DNA of 64,000 nucleotides from a virus. Its lineage: Duplodnaviria; Caudoviricetes. The notes under the pieces were generated by a model that had not been told where the DNA came from, ran no database searches, and was given only the letters and a program-made list of their open reading frames with translations. The translations under genes were made by a program, and so were the position numbers. Positions 19,760 to 32,600 of this stretch are shown here, in pieces; within the stretch, counting starts at the first letter, position 1; each line of letters starts with the position of its first letter. The stretch spans positions 19,521 to 83,520 of IMG/VR virus record IMGVR_UViG_3300021255_002891; one strand, given 5' to 3'.

Positions 19760-22700
19760 TTATCCTTCAATTATTTTAAAATATCCATTTCCATATTGTT
19801 CTAACGCCTCCAAAGAATATACTTCTCCTAACTTCAAATGCTTTTCAAAAGAAGCGTTTATACCTCTGTCTATATAAATATCTGAATCTATTTTTTCAAT
19901 GGTAGAAATACCCATTTTATATTCTTCCCTAAATACTGGGAAAACCTCTAAATTGTTCCTCTTCGCCATATCTTTCCAATTGTCATATTCCCATTTACTA
20001 CCATTTTTTATGTTAATAGTGGCTTCAAAATTAGCAAGAGCAACTTCATATGATGTACCGTATAATGTGGAATTAATAGCAGTTTTATCTTGCTCTAATT
20101 TGTATATGTATATTGGAAAATACACGTCATTGTTACTTGGTTTCAATTCATCAATTGGCAATACCTTTTTATTTGGTTTTCTTAGGAAATATTTTTCTTC
20201 AGTTTTAACAAACCTAACTGTTTCAGTATATTTAACACCAGTGTTATATTCTGTGTTGTCTGCTAACTGATAATGGCCACCCTTCGTTCTAGACAAAGTA
20301 GCACCAACATAATACGTTATGTCGCATCTTATATCATCCAATAATGGATAATCTTGTTCAACATCTTCTTTTGCTTTAGTTGCTGATTTTATTGCCCCTA
20401 ATGAAGAAGTAATGGAAGTATCAGCAGTATCTGGAATTGTCTTCCTAGTTGATTCAATTGGTTTACCACTGCCATCACAATAATAGAACGACATTTCAGT
20501 TATAATATCACCAACAAAGTAGTTCGTATTTCCGCTTCCTATTTCATCTTCATCTTGAACAGTTAAACTAAATCGTCTTATATTGGCTGTATTTCCAACT
20601 TGATATATTGGTTCAATTTGTCCATATTGAGGCGGTTGCATATATTTTTTAATTTTGTATCGCTCAGGATGTTCTGCATCATAAGGTGTATCATAATCTG
20701 GTCTTACTTTGTATATACCCTCTAACTTTTGTCCAATATCATCAACCAATAAACTAGGATAACGCAAATCATAAAGTTTAGAAGCCGTTTTACCTGTAAC
20801 TATTTTAGCATCATATACTGTTGTGGTGACTGAATCTTTATACAAAATGCACCATTTACCATTTCCATCACCACTAATATTAGTGCTTTGTGTACAATAC
20901 CAATATAAATCAGTTTTTTTAAGCGTGCTAGTATCAGCTATATTTATTCTAGTACACCCACTTTCATAACCACTTGTATTACAATCAATTATAGGTACTG
21001 ATTCGCCACTGTAGACAGTTGAACCAGTGCAGTAATAATTAGTACCTTCTTTATCTTGGAAAATTCCATCAACCCTGAATACCAAGTTTTGATTTACAAC
21101 ATTATATAATGTTGGAACTGTACCATCATTTTCAACCACATAATCTAAACCATGATATGTAATATAGTTTTTAAACTTTGTGGCTTGTTTTCCCCACCTA
21201 GGGAAAGTTTGGAAATCAGTTATGTTGAATATCTCATTATTACAATAACTTACACCTTTTTTACATTTATTACTTTCACATTCATTGTTCTCGCAACAAT
21301 TGTTCTTTACTTTAAAGAACGTAAAATAATATACTGGAGTTGTACCACTGTAATACAATGTTCCATATGTTTTTTTACCATTTATAACAACATATGGTGT
21401 ATCAGTTTCTCTTTCTCTATATACAAAATATGTGTTTCCACTTAAAAATGGGTCATTATAGTCGTAAATACCATATTCATGCCTTTTTATTTCGTACAAA
21501 TAACCATCAATATACATTGAATTTGTTGATTCTATTTCATATACTTCAGCGCACAACTTTGCTTTAACTTGAGGGGTAATAGATGTGCCAGTCCACGTAA
21601 CCTTTCTATTGTCCTCAGTGAAACAATATTGGTTAAATTCTGTAATATTAAACTCGTCTTCGTGACTATCAATATATGCTTGCGAATAGCTAGTAAAAGC
21701 TGTATCATCATATTTTTTTTCCATAAGTACTGGGTCAAAATAGAATCCAGGACCACTATTATTTTTTAACATCATAGAATCGCCACTTACTGTTACAACA
21801 GTTCCACCATGTGTATTACCATTATCGTACTTAATGGTTGTTCTAACCTTACCGCTTACAGTCTCGACAGTTCTGTAATCAGTACCAAGTTCGTAGTCTT
21901 TAGAAAATATACTAAATTCTCCCAAATCATAAACAGAATTCTGAAGCTCAGTTGGCAAAATAATGGTAGGAATAAAAGAGTTTACTGAACCGCTAACAGT
22001 CTCGTTAATGGTTTTGATGTTTTTTTGTACATCCTTATACCATGCAACCATTGCATCATAAGTTCTTCTGCCACCTTTTCCAAAATATTTTTCACAGTCA
22101 CAGCAATCATCAACTTTTTTGTTTTTACAATCCCATAATTCTACCTCATTATCGGTATTTGGCTGATAATTTCCAAAATTAACCCCTTCTTTATCATAAT
22201 CAAGTCTTTCTGCGAACCACGCAAGTTCTTTTACTACATCTGGATAAAACAGCGTTGTCCTATTCCAATAATCTCTATACTCAAAAGGTATTGTAAATCT
22301 AGGAACAATATTCTCACACATCCATTTATAAAGTCCTGCATCTACATAAGATGTTTTAAAGTTTTCTGTGGAAGAAACTATACCACCTTTTTCAGTAAAT
22401 TCAATATCTAAATCTATATATGTTTGTTCATCTGTACCGTATATCATTTGGGTGGCATAATTTGATTTAGATTCATTAAGGTAATATTCAGTGGCACTAG
22501 AATATGTCATACTACAATGTCCGTAATTATTCAACAAATTATAGTATTCCTCAAAAAAATGATACCATTTACTAAACGTATCAAAAGACAATGTGTAACC
22601 AGACCCATCATCGCCATGTTCAAATTCGTCATATGGGTGTGGTATTAATTCCATTTCTCCATTAACTGAAATATTTCCATAGGAATGAGTTCCACTTACT

Positions 22701-22915
22701 AAATGATACTTGTCATATGTATAGCTAGAACTTGGTTTACGGTCTAGAACAATATTAACTGGCACCAAACCCCAATTACTAGTATATTCATATTTTCTTG
22801 CCCTTAATGAGTCATCATCAAAGTAATACAATTTATTATCCAAATAAGCTGGCAACACACTAGGCAATCTAGATGTCATTGGCTCTAATGAAATTGTTTT
22901 TTGTATCTTTCTCAT
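19760..22915 (-). CDS. large putative structural protein (1051 aa)
   Basis: Long intact ORF in the structural block. Confidence 0.6.
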   Translation of the reverse strand: MRKIQKTISLEPMTSRLPSVLPAYLDNKLYYFDDDSLRARKYEYTSNWGLVPVNIVLDRKPSSSYTYDKYHLVSGTHSYGNISVNGEMELIPHPYDEFEHGDDGSGYTLSFDTFSKWYHFFEEYYNLLNNYGHCSMTYSSATEYYLNESKSNYATQMIYGTDEQTYIDLDIEFTEKGGIVSSTENFKTSYVDAGLYKWMCENIVPRFTIPFEYRDYWNRTTLFYPDVVKELAWFAERLDYDKEGVNFGNYQPNTDNEVELWDCKNKKVDDCCDCEKYFGKGGRRTYDAMVAWYKDVQKNIKTINETVSGSVNSFIPTIILPTELQNSVYDLGEFSIFSKDYELGTDYRTVETVSGKVRTTIKYDNGNTHGGTVVTVSGDSMMLKNNSGPGFYFDPVLMEKKYDDTAFTSYSQAYIDSHEDEFNITEFNQYCFTEDNRKVTWTGTSITPQVKAKLCAEVYEIESTNSMYIDGYLYEIKRHEYGIYDYNDPFLSGNTYFVYRERETDTPYVVINGKKTYGTLYYSGTTPVYYFTFFKVKNNCCENNECESNKCKKGVSYCNNEIFNITDFQTFPRWGKQATKFKNYITYHGLDYVVENDGTVPTLYNVVNQNLVFRVDGIFQDKEGTNYYCTGSTVYSGESVPIIDCNTSGYESGCTRINIADTSTLKKTDLYWYCTQSTNISGDGNGKWCILYKDSVTTTVYDAKIVTGKTASKLYDLRYPSLLVDDIGQKLEGIYKVRPDYDTPYDAEHPERYKIKKYMQPPQYGQIEPIYQVGNTANIRRFSLTVQDEDEIGSGNTNYFVGDIITEMSFYYCDGSGKPIESTRKTIPDTADTSITSSLGAIKSATKAKEDVEQDYPLLDDIRCDITYYVGATLSRTKGGHYQLADNTEYNTGVKYTETVRFVKTEEKYFLRKPNKKVLPIDELKPSNNDVYFPIYIYKLEQDKTAINSTLYGTSYEVALANFEATINIKNGSKWEYDNWKDMAKRNNLEVFPVFREEYKMGISTIEKIDSDIYIDRGINASFEKHLKLGEVYSLEALEQYGNGYFKIIEG

Positions 22916-22921
22916 AATCTA

Positions 22922-25900
22922 TTATTTGTTAAAATAATTTATAGAAAACATATCTTCGTTGATATTAATTCTTCCTACTTTTTGTTTTCTAGGGTCAGTA
23001 GGTGGTGCGCTAGGATTTTCCTCAACTTCATCCATAATTTTCATTTCAAATAAATCAATATTCAAAATACCTTTTTTATGTAAAATATCTTTATTATTTT
23101 CTGTTAAATATCTTTCATCAATAACATAAACGTATTGTTTGTTGATAAAATCATACACAGCATAAAAAGGTATGTATAATTGTGAATATAAACAAGACAA
23201 TGGTATTCCTTTCTTTAAATCTTTTATATCATTGCTATCACTTAATGTTAATGCTGAAATTGGATTTATTTTAAGATTTTTATAATCATTTAAATCAGTT
23301 GATGTTTTACCAGAAGCCCATTTCATAGGAACTAACATTGGGATTATTTTACCAATACCAGCGTGATTATATTCTATTTTCATATAAATTGGCTTTGGAT
23401 GTAAATCCTCTGAATATTCCCTGAATATATAGTGATAGAAACCTTCTGAAGAAGTGTCTGTTTGATATTTGTTTTTAATTGTAAGTCTACTGCTTATTCT
23501 ATGAGACTCATCAAATGTAACTGCACTTGCACCTCTCCAACTGCCTTTATAATGATTTATCTTTGTATAATTTTCATTTTTATTTTCTCCTAAAAACTCA
23601 GTCATCAATGAAATTTTATACACAACATCTGGTTTTGATGTATCAGCACTACTAATCTGACCTTGAGTATTTGCTGTATACTCCATTTCAGGTGCTTTAA
23701 CTAATCCAAATGCATTAACATTTTTTCTAGAGTTATCAATTAATTTTTTGTATAACGAGTGTTCATCTACAAATACAGAAGAAGTATCCAATAATGATTG
23801 AGTCTGTGGGTCTATTGAATCATACAATGATAATCTAACAAAGGACTTTGCAACTTTTGATTTTTGATAGAATACATCATCATATGTAAAATTAAGCAAT
23901 CCCATCAAATCAGAAGAATCCATAAGCTGTTTTTTCCTCTCAATGATTTTTTTCATTTCCTCTTCATCTTCACTTTCAGCTTCTAGCATGTCTTTATATG
24001 GATGAAAGTCGGTAACAAACCAGTTGTCAGTATCAGCAGATAATGATTCTGCTGAATCATATCTTTCGTTAACTTTCCAATTATCTAAGGTTCTAGTTCT
24101 AAAATGGAAATTTAAATTAATCTCATATATCGGTTTAAATTCTGTTAAAGAACCAATGTATTTTTCTTTATATTCTTTTTTATTTTCATCTGTTAAATCA
24201 TTTAAAATAAAGTATTCATCTATTGCTTCATCAGAGTTGAAAATATACATTGGTGAATACACATCCTTTTCCATATCTACAATATCATTTATCGCTTTTT
24301 CTTTTTCCACCCTATAGAATTGGTCATTAACAATATCGTCTTGTATTGTGTTATTAGCATAATTGACATTCAAGTTTAATGGAATTAAAATGTGTCCACT
24401 TGGCACTAGTATTTTAGGATTATACTTCTCAGTATAAAACCACATCAAACTATCTTCAATGGTAGAATATGCATATCTATATTCCCAACCAGAGTATTCT
24501 GTAATTTCTTCATCACCGAACACCTTGTTTTTAACCATCAAACTCATAGTAGCTTGGTTAAGAACAACATCATTTACCATCAATTTGGACATATAGGATG
24601 AAAAACTTCTAGTTAAGTTGTTTGGTATAATTGGCTCACAAATTAACATAGAGCTACCAATCCTATCATTAACATTGAAAGAAATGTTTTTCCTTTCGCC
24701 AACAGAAACCACCTTTGTATATATTGGGTCTCCACTTATTATATCCTCTTTAATTACTAGTTTATAAGGTTTTCCATTAACTAATATACCATCGTGAGGG
24801 TTTATGTCGTAAAGAATATCAGATGCCCTCACTTCTCCATTGCCACATGTATCAACAGCAACCCTACCATATTTTCTCAACTGCCACTTAGTTGGGTCAT
24901 CAGGGTCTTGTTTTAGCCTCATTGGTATATTTTCGCCATAAAATTCTACTATTGCATCTTTACCATCTACTTTACCATTAATGTAGTCAATAACGAATTC
25001 GTTAGCTAACCCTTTTTTTATTTTTTCTTCTAATGGTAAAGCTTCTTGTTCATTTGTTAATGCACTAACTGGCACTACAGCCCTATCACATAAATTCTCA
25101 TAAACCTTACATTTTTTGCCATTATATAAGACGAATTCGTCTGTGTCTCCACTTTCTGCATCATAGTCTTGTAAGTTATAAACTACTTCCTCGTTTTCAG
25201 TTTTATATATGTCATAGAAAAACACTTCATCGTTTATATGTACTCCAGAATCATCGTTATTTATATAAACTATTATAAGATTACCATTATTACTGTTTTG
25301 TATGTCATGAGAAACAATTTTTTCAGCTTTCTCAATTATCACATAAGAAGAAATTTTATGTAAATCTTGAATTGTGAATATATTCAATTTTTCAGCATCT
25401 TCTTTTGTTAAAATTTTTTCACTGTCATAGTTTCTTATTGGGTATAATAATGGTTTTAATTGATTTTCCTTTCTATCAAATGGTTCAATGATATATTTTG
25501 GTATTTCGCACACAAACATAGGTCTAGCACTCGCTTCCCAATCTTCAAAAACAAATTCTGTATCTGATATATCCGTTTCTCTTACTTTAAGATAATTGTC
25601 TTTAAATGAAACATAGTAGTAATAATTACCACAACTAACATCTTCAAAGTTACATTCTGCGTATTCTTTTGATGTAATCGTGAATTTGCAAACCTCTTCA
25701 TAATTTTTAGTATCATAAGGATGAAGCACAATTTTTTCAGCCTCTGGAACAATTTCGTTGGCCTCGCCAGTATTAGGGTCTTTTTCCAATCTAAGAGGTG
25801 CTCCATTTTCAAAATATCTTAAAGTTCCATTAGAGCCTTCATTTGGGTTAAATAAATAAACATCACCATCTATATTAACTTGACCGTTTTCAATCCAATA

Positions 25901-26440
25901 TATCGTGTCTATTAAAAGTTTATTTACATTAGCATCACTTTTTATTTCTGTAGGATATATGGTTTTTTCAATTGGTTTGCCAACTTGGTCAACTAAAAAG
26001 TCAGTAATCATAAAACATTCGCTAGGATTAGGATTACCTTCTGTTGGGTTTGGCTTTATCTTATAGTAATATTTGCCATTGATGAATACACATTGGTATT
26101 TCTTACCATTTTCATCTGTAGCACCATAATGTACCTCTTTACCACTAGAATCAAATATTCCAGTTTTGTATGTGGTTACGCTTCCACTTATAATTTCATA
26201 TGGTTTCTTTTTAACAACAATATAGCCTTGTCTTGTTACTGTTTCACAATCTAACCTATTACCAGACTGAATACCGTAATAGTCATTTCTAACTATTAGA
26301 GAATTAAATCTTTCAAGATGATAATCCGTTGACGTAACGCCACTGATAAATGAAAGGTCTGGAGAGATATATTTTTCTCTCCAAATCAATTCATCTTGAT
26401 TTAAACCATTACCACTTACTTTAAATTTATATTTTAACAT
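22922..26440 (-). CDS. large putative structural protein (1172 aa)
   Basis: Long intact ORF overlapping the upstream gene by 7 nt. Confidence 0.6.
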   Translation of the reverse strand: MLKYKFKVSGNGLNQDELIWREKYISPDLSFISGVTSTDYHLERFNSLIVRNDYYGIQSGNRLDCETVTRQGYIVVKKKPYEIISGSVTTYKTGIFDSSGKEVHYGATDENGKKYQCVFINGKYYYKIKPNPTEGNPNPSECFMITDFLVDQVGKPIEKTIYPTEIKSDANVNKLLIDTIYWIENGQVNIDGDVYLFNPNEGSNGTLRYFENGAPLRLEKDPNTGEANEIVPEAEKIVLHPYDTKNYEEVCKFTITSKEYAECNFEDVSCGNYYYYVSFKDNYLKVRETDISDTEFVFEDWEASARPMFVCEIPKYIIEPFDRKENQLKPLLYPIRNYDSEKILTKEDAEKLNIFTIQDLHKISSYVIIEKAEKIVSHDIQNSNNGNLIIVYINNDDSGVHINDEVFFYDIYKTENEEVVYNLQDYDAESGDTDEFVLYNGKKCKVYENLCDRAVVPVSALTNEQEALPLEEKIKKGLANEFVIDYINGKVDGKDAIVEFYGENIPMRLKQDPDDPTKWQLRKYGRVAVDTCGNGEVRASDILYDINPHDGILVNGKPYKLVIKEDIISGDPIYTKVVSVGERKNISFNVNDRIGSSMLICEPIIPNNLTRSFSSYMSKLMVNDVVLNQATMSLMVKNKVFGDEEITEYSGWEYRYAYSTIEDSLMWFYTEKYNPKILVPSGHILIPLNLNVNYANNTIQDDIVNDQFYRVEKEKAINDIVDMEKDVYSPMYIFNSDEAIDEYFILNDLTDENKKEYKEKYIGSLTEFKPIYEINLNFHFRTRTLDNWKVNERYDSAESLSADTDNWFVTDFHPYKDMLEAESEDEEEMKKIIERKKQLMDSSDLMGLLNFTYDDVFYQKSKVAKSFVRLSLYDSIDPQTQSLLDTSSVFVDEHSLYKKLIDNSRKNVNAFGLVKAPEMEYTANTQGQISSADTSKPDVVYKISLMTEFLGENKNENYTKINHYKGSWRGASAVTFDESHRISSRLTIKNKYQTDTSSEGFYHYIFREYSEDLHPKPIYMKIEYNHAGIGKIIPMLVPMKWASGKTSTDLNDYKNLKINPISALTLSDSNDIKDLKKGIPLSCLYSQLYIPFYAVYDFINKQYVYVIDERYLTENNKDILHKKGILNIDLFEMKIMDEVEENPSAPPTDPRKQKVGRININEDMFSINYFNK

Positions 26441-29400
26441 ACTATTTCATCTTCTTTAGCGTAGTAATTTTCAGTTGCAGTATCCATTTCATTACCAAGA
26501 ATATCGACTTCAGAATAAAGCCCCCATTGATTGTGTGGGTCTTGTCTTCTAGTGTACAAATCAATTCTTTTGTTTACATAAAAAGCACCATTAGTAAAAG
26601 GATACTCTTCTATGGCATCTTTATTGATACTGTCACCATTGTTTAACAAATCTCTCCAAATGATTCTACATGTGCCATCTTTCAAAACTTTAGCATAACT
26701 AGGAACATCTAAATTGTCGATTTTAAATAGTTTATAAGCTGCATACAAATCATCTTTAGGTGTTAACGTATCAAGAATCGGATTGTTTTCATCTTTCATT
26801 ATATCACAAGCAAACTCTTCGTCAGAATCCAAATAAACAGTACAAGTGAACACATTATCATTTATGTTTTCAATTGTTTTAAGAATATAGTATTTTTCGT
26901 TGATTCTGTCATAAATCATTGATTTATCTCCGAATTTTAGAAAATGTTTCTGTAATGTTGTTATTTTATATGTTCCTGTAGACAACCAATGTAATTCTCT
27001 TATTACAAGAAAATCTGGCATCACCGTCTTAACTTTATCGAAAGTTTTAATTGGTATTTCATAATGAGGGTTATAATAATATCCTTCTTTAAATGAACAT
27101 AAATTAGTTTTTTTAATGTCTATATATCCATAACTTCCCAACACAAATGCATCGCCAATATCATAATCATCTTTTTCTATTTCATCATAATTAAAATTCA
27201 AGTAGTATTTTTGCGAATTAGTTGATGTACACTCCCTTTGGCTTGTGTTAAACCTATGAAGAATTGGTTGTATACTCCTTTCAATTGCGTTATAAGCATC
27301 GTAATAGCATAAATCTCCATAGAAATGCTTGTCTGTTTCATAAGACACCTCAAAATCATTTATCCTCAAATTAGAGTCTCTAGTATACAGATACCTTCTT
27401 TCTTCTCCTCCGTTAATAACGCTGACATCATATCCGTTTTTTCCATCAACATTGTTTATTTTTTTAATTGATACAACATCTTCATTATATATTGACTCTT
27501 CCGATGCATCTATCCCACAAGTTATCATACCAAAACAATGTGAAAACTCTACATTTTCAGCTTTAGTTCTTATAAGTTGCCCAGACCAATAATCATTAGG
27601 GGCATCAAATCCATACCATTCTTTATAACCTTGATTGTTTTTTATTGCTGTAAAATAAAGGCTAGATAAAGGTCTACCTAAGTTGTCTTTTAAGTATGAT
27701 AAATCTATGTCATCTGTGAAAACGATTTCTGAAATATCATCGCCATAAATGTTTTTAGCAAAAGCAAGCTTACTCAAATGATTTTCAAATTCATATTCTT
27801 TAGCTTGATAATATGATATGGTTTCTCCTGAGTTTTTATATATTTCATATTCATTTGACGTGCTAGCACTAGCATATTTAAAATTAGGCAATTTAGAAAA
27901 AATCCTTACATAATATTCACACTCAATATCACCTACCACTTTTTTATAGGATATTTGTTGAGCTTTGTCATCAAGATTAACATATCTATCATTAACAATA
28001 TAGTATTTAAAAGACTCCTCTGGTTTGCCTTTAGTATAATATTTTCTAGTTATTGAATCTATGTTATATATAACATAATTATCATCGTCATCATTTGTTT
28101 TAGCAGAAATATCTTCACTGTATAAATCTTTATCATCCAAATAAACCCAATATTTACTTATCTGAAAATAAGAATTGAATACTGTGAATATATAATCATC
28201 AACAACTTCTGCTACCTCCGCATTATCAATTATCTTTCTTGTTACAAGAACATCTTTTTCGTTTTTAACAGAATACTTATTATTAGGATTTTTGTCCTCT
28301 TTTTGCAATTCGGCTGACAAATAACTAGCTTCATCTTTACTTTCAAATTTTTCACTAACAATAGTTCCGTTTTTCTCAACCCAGTATAAATCAGTGGTAT
28401 ACGTTTTATATATGTTAACGTAATCACCAACATCTAAACCATGCTTCGCAATACTGTATATGACAAGTTGTGATGTTCCGTTATCTGACCTTGTGTTCTC
28501 ATCAAAATATATGGCTTTCATTGAATTAACGCCATCATTACATTCAATAATATCAGTAAATGGACTGTATATCTTTGTTTCTTTACCTTCCACCTTAACA
28601 GTTTTTATATAAGGTGTAAATGATGAGCTAGGATATGTTATGCAATAGTTCCAATTCTTTTCCAATCTATTCTGATATTCATTATATTTAGGAACAAATG
28701 AAAACAAATCATGAGAAGGGTACATGTCAACAAAATCACCAGAATTATAATACATTAAAGGTCTTTCCATATTAAGCTCTTTATCAAGTTTAAAATTAGA
28801 ATAAGACTTAATTTTAGATGTATTTTCAAAGCCAACCCAACCATCATATTTATAAATTAGTTTTTTCTTAACAGTATCTTCAAATGTATCTATGTTATCG
28901 GCATCGTATAAATGCATAGCCACAAATTTTGCCCCATCTGGAACGTTTGCTTTAATAGGAAAATAATATTTCTCGCAAATTTTATGTCCAGTCACATCCC
29001 TCATTAAATCTGCAATGGTATTAAAAGCTGAATAAGTTGCATTAGAGCCGCCATCAGGCATTTTGCAGACAGTTCTGAACGTATTACTTCTAATTAAATG
29101 GCTATTCAAAAAATCTAATCCACAATGATATACAAAACCTAAATTCGATAATTGTGTATCTCTAATAGAGTTTGTAGGATGTAGCCAGTCAGTAGTAGGA
29201 TTAATCCTTCCATCATCATTATGCTTAAGGTCATTAGTAAGGGCTGAAATTGGTTTACTTCTATCATTATTTAATGAGTTTTTTACTTTCCAGTCTTCTG
29301 ATTGGTATGTCATACCATTACTGCCCCAAAATCCCATTTCTTCATTCTTGTAGAGAACGCCACTAAACTCAGTATTATCACCGACACCATAATTTACATT

Positions 29401-29667
29401 AACGACATCGTTACTTCCTTCTCTCTTAACTATCTCAGTTATTTTATTGAATAAAACATTAGAACACAATGTATTAACTTGACAAGTTAATCTTATTTTG
29501 TTACAATTTCTTCTTTCTTCAAGATACTGGTCATATTGGCTAATAACTTCGGCAACGTCATTGAAGGGTAATAATTTCCTATTACCCCTCAAATTAACGC
29601 TTACACTACTACTAGTGTTGACAGATTTTTTACTGTCATATGAATTAAGAAATATTTGTTTATCCAT
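26434..29667 (-). CDS. large putative structural protein (1077 aa)
   Basis: Long intact ORF overlapping both neighbours. Confidence 0.6.
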   Translation of the reverse strand: MDKQIFLNSYDSKKSVNTSSSVSVNLRGNRKLLPFNDVAEVISQYDQYLEERRNCNKIRLTCQVNTLCSNVLFNKITEIVKREGSNDVVNVNYGVGDNTEFSGVLYKNEEMGFWGSNGMTYQSEDWKVKNSLNNDRSKPISALTNDLKHNDDGRINPTTDWLHPTNSIRDTQLSNLGFVYHCGLDFLNSHLIRSNTFRTVCKMPDGGSNATYSAFNTIADLMRDVTGHKICEKYYFPIKANVPDGAKFVAMHLYDADNIDTFEDTVKKKLIYKYDGWVGFENTSKIKSYSNFKLDKELNMERPLMYYNSGDFVDMYPSHDLFSFVPKYNEYQNRLEKNWNYCITYPSSSFTPYIKTVKVEGKETKIYSPFTDIIECNDGVNSMKAIYFDENTRSDNGTSQLVIYSIAKHGLDVGDYVNIYKTYTTDLYWVEKNGTIVSEKFESKDEASYLSAELQKEDKNPNNKYSVKNEKDVLVTRKIIDNAEVAEVVDDYIFTVFNSYFQISKYWVYLDDKDLYSEDISAKTNDDDDNYVIYNIDSITRKYYTKGKPEESFKYYIVNDRYVNLDDKAQQISYKKVVGDIECEYYVRIFSKLPNFKYASASTSNEYEIYKNSGETISYYQAKEYEFENHLSKLAFAKNIYGDDISEIVFTDDIDLSYLKDNLGRPLSSLYFTAIKNNQGYKEWYGFDAPNDYWSGQLIRTKAENVEFSHCFGMITCGIDASEESIYNEDVVSIKKINNVDGKNGYDVSVINGGEERRYLYTRDSNLRINDFEVSYETDKHFYGDLCYYDAYNAIERSIQPILHRFNTSQRECTSTNSQKYYLNFNYDEIEKDDYDIGDAFVLGSYGYIDIKKTNLCSFKEGYYYNPHYEIPIKTFDKVKTVMPDFLVIRELHWLSTGTYKITTLQKHFLKFGDKSMIYDRINEKYYILKTIENINDNVFTCTVYLDSDEEFACDIMKDENNPILDTLTPKDDLYAAYKLFKIDNLDVPSYAKVLKDGTCRIIWRDLLNNGDSINKDAIEEYPFTNGAFYVNKRIDLYTRRQDPHNQWGLYSEVDILGNEMDTATENYYAKEDEIVC

Positions 29668-32600
29668 TTTTAATACTGAAATCTGTTTTTAGTTTTTTAC
29701 CTATTGTCATTTTATCTTTACTGTGCTCTGCCTCAATAATACATTCACCTCTGTCATTCACTTGATAACACTGGTTATCTAATGCTATTGTGAACTCAGA
29801 CAATTTATATGTGAAATTAGATGGAGTTTTAGCATAAATTTCAACTAATGCTCCACTACTCCAATTATTATCTATCATAATACCCATATTCTGCGTCCAT
29901 TTAACAACAAAGTCTAAGAAATATACGTCATCTCTACTTTTCTTTGAAAAATAAAATTCATTACAATTTACATAATATATATTATTTGCATTATCCGTAA
30001 ACTTAAATATATATGACATCATTTCATAATTAGCAAAAGCTTGACATTGCCATGCCGTAGGAAGGCCAGTAGTAGAGAATTTCATTCTAAATGCTAATAC
30101 TTGAATATGTATCTTGGTGTTAGCACTAGCGTTGGCAGCTTCTGTAGCAGCACTAGATACCATTACATAAGATGCTGGGGTGTCATAACTAGTTGCGACC
30201 CCCTCATCATTAATCTCTACTGGAATACCTGGGTTATTAGGCGTTGGTTTAAGTAGCACATGTCTTGCATCAAATAAATCAGAACATTCTACCGTTCTAA
30301 ATCTTCTATTAAGCATATCCTCAGATTTATAAAGATACTCTCTATCAATAACTATTGCAAAAACAGAAGCGCCATTGTCTTCGTTTACATCAATTGTATA
30401 TCCGAATAAAATGTTAGCAAAATCAGTGTCATCAGATTTAAGCCATTCTTTATCTCCTTCAACAGTTTTATAATAGAACTGACCCTTAGTGGGAGCACCA
30501 TTTTTCAACGTAAAGCCATCACTAATCTTCACTCCATTAGGTAATGTTGTGTCTTTATTAATGAACCAAAATGTTTGATTAGGATGGTTAAATTTATGTA
30601 ATTTAATAGCTCTATCTGTTAATATGTTATATATATCAACGCCCCTTATACAAGCATCTTGAGTTGTTGGATTATTCAATGATGCTGTTTTATAGTATGT
30701 AATACCATCTACATAATGACCATTAGCTCGGCAAATATATCCTAAGTCTCCTGTGTTTGTATCTCTAGTTAATACTTTAATCATTATAGGAACTCTAGTG
30801 TATATATCAAAATCGTCACTTTCCCTAGGTGTAAACTTAAAGTTTAAAGATACACTATCAGCCACAAACTTTACATAATTATCGTCTTCTACTGACAATT
30901 TCTTAAATACGACATTTCCATAGTCATCATTGCCCTCAGTAGGCGGTATAAACTGTATTGGAGAAGAGAAATCGAAACTAAAATCAAATGATTCACCATT
31001 ACTTGCCTTTATTTCAAGTGAATTATCTGGATTTATATCCACATTAGTTCCATAGCCACATGAAATATATGAAAAATCATATCTTTCAGCAGGATAAATG
31101 TTTCCAACATCCAAATATCTAATGGTAGGATAGTTTTTATCAACTGCCACCCTTTCTCTATTAAATTCCCAGTTATAACCTAATTGGTTTTGGCTGCTAT
31201 ACGGATAACAATATACATAGAAAGGTAGACTCGGTTCGTACATTCCAGCTGGGCCACCTTGTTCGTTATTACAATAATATCCTAATCGTGTTCTGTTAAA
31301 CGCTGACCAATATAAGTTTCTTATATCAAGAGTACCAAACGTAGATTCATAAGGACGTTTTATTATTTGAGAATCGCCCTCATCAGTCTCCCATACAGAA
31401 TCGGTAAGAGCCGCATTATAATATGTTTTGGCATCTTCATAAGGTGAATCAGATGAAGAATAAGAATATTCTAGTCTATTATTCTTAGTGAAACCATTGT
31501 CACTTGTGTTTGCAGAAACTATATTATAGTCTTTGTCATAAGACATTTCAATTCCATTATATGTAAAACCGTATATTCTAGTAGATTTCCACACTCTATC
31601 TACAGCTGGGTTCTCATGTAAAGAAAAACTATCACCAAAACAAGGCCCTAATACAGTTAAGTCAAAATCAAATCTCCTATCAACGAATAAAGACCTTAAA
31701 TATGGTTGAGTTTTACTCATACGCTGACAATCAGCAGTTTGATTATCTTTTGAGTTATATGCCCTTATAAAATTAGTAATAGGTCCAGTTATATCTTGAC
31801 CTAATTTTTTAACACTAACGTTATCACCATAAGGAAACTGCGTAGTATAATTTGGAAGTCTCATTGTGTTTATATCACAATTTATAGCAGACGTAGACAC
31901 ATATCTTCCGTTTTGCGTGAATGCAGCAAAATAATTACCCAATTTGTCGCTGTTCTCATACTGTTCGTTCCATAGTGGACCCATGCTGCTTCCAGTTCTG
32001 CCAGAATATATTCTAGGTACTATATGAGGGAATGATGAATCTGGTAGTGTTGCAGTATTATAATCGTTAAGAACGTATTGACTAAACATTAAATCCATTT
32101 CCTCATAACGAGGTACTACGCTTCTATATAATATCCTAGAGCCACCTCCAGTTGCAGTATATTCAAACGTAAGGTCTGAATTTTCAGTTACATAAGCCGC
32201 ATCAGAAAGGCTAAACATTGTATTGAATTTATACTGTAATATTCTTTGTCTAGTATCCAAAGAATCAATACCTAAATCCAAATCAACAAAATCTTCCCAC
32301 GTTCTTTCATTATCAGGAGTTGTCGGAACAAACCTATATGTGTCTTCTTGATGCAAACCATACCAACCCTTTATATGTGAATCTGTTTCAGAACTACTAT
32401 AGAAATAACTTTGATTTGCTACAGTAGCTTGTTGATTGTCATTTGTAGTTCCAAGCATAAACTTAACTGGCATTGTGTTCAAATATGTGTTGAAGTTTTC
32501 ACCATTGTTAATTTGTACTGAAATTGATGTAGTATTATCAACTAAAATACAAGCATCTTCGAAACAGCCACAATATTGGGATATTGTAAGAACAAAACTA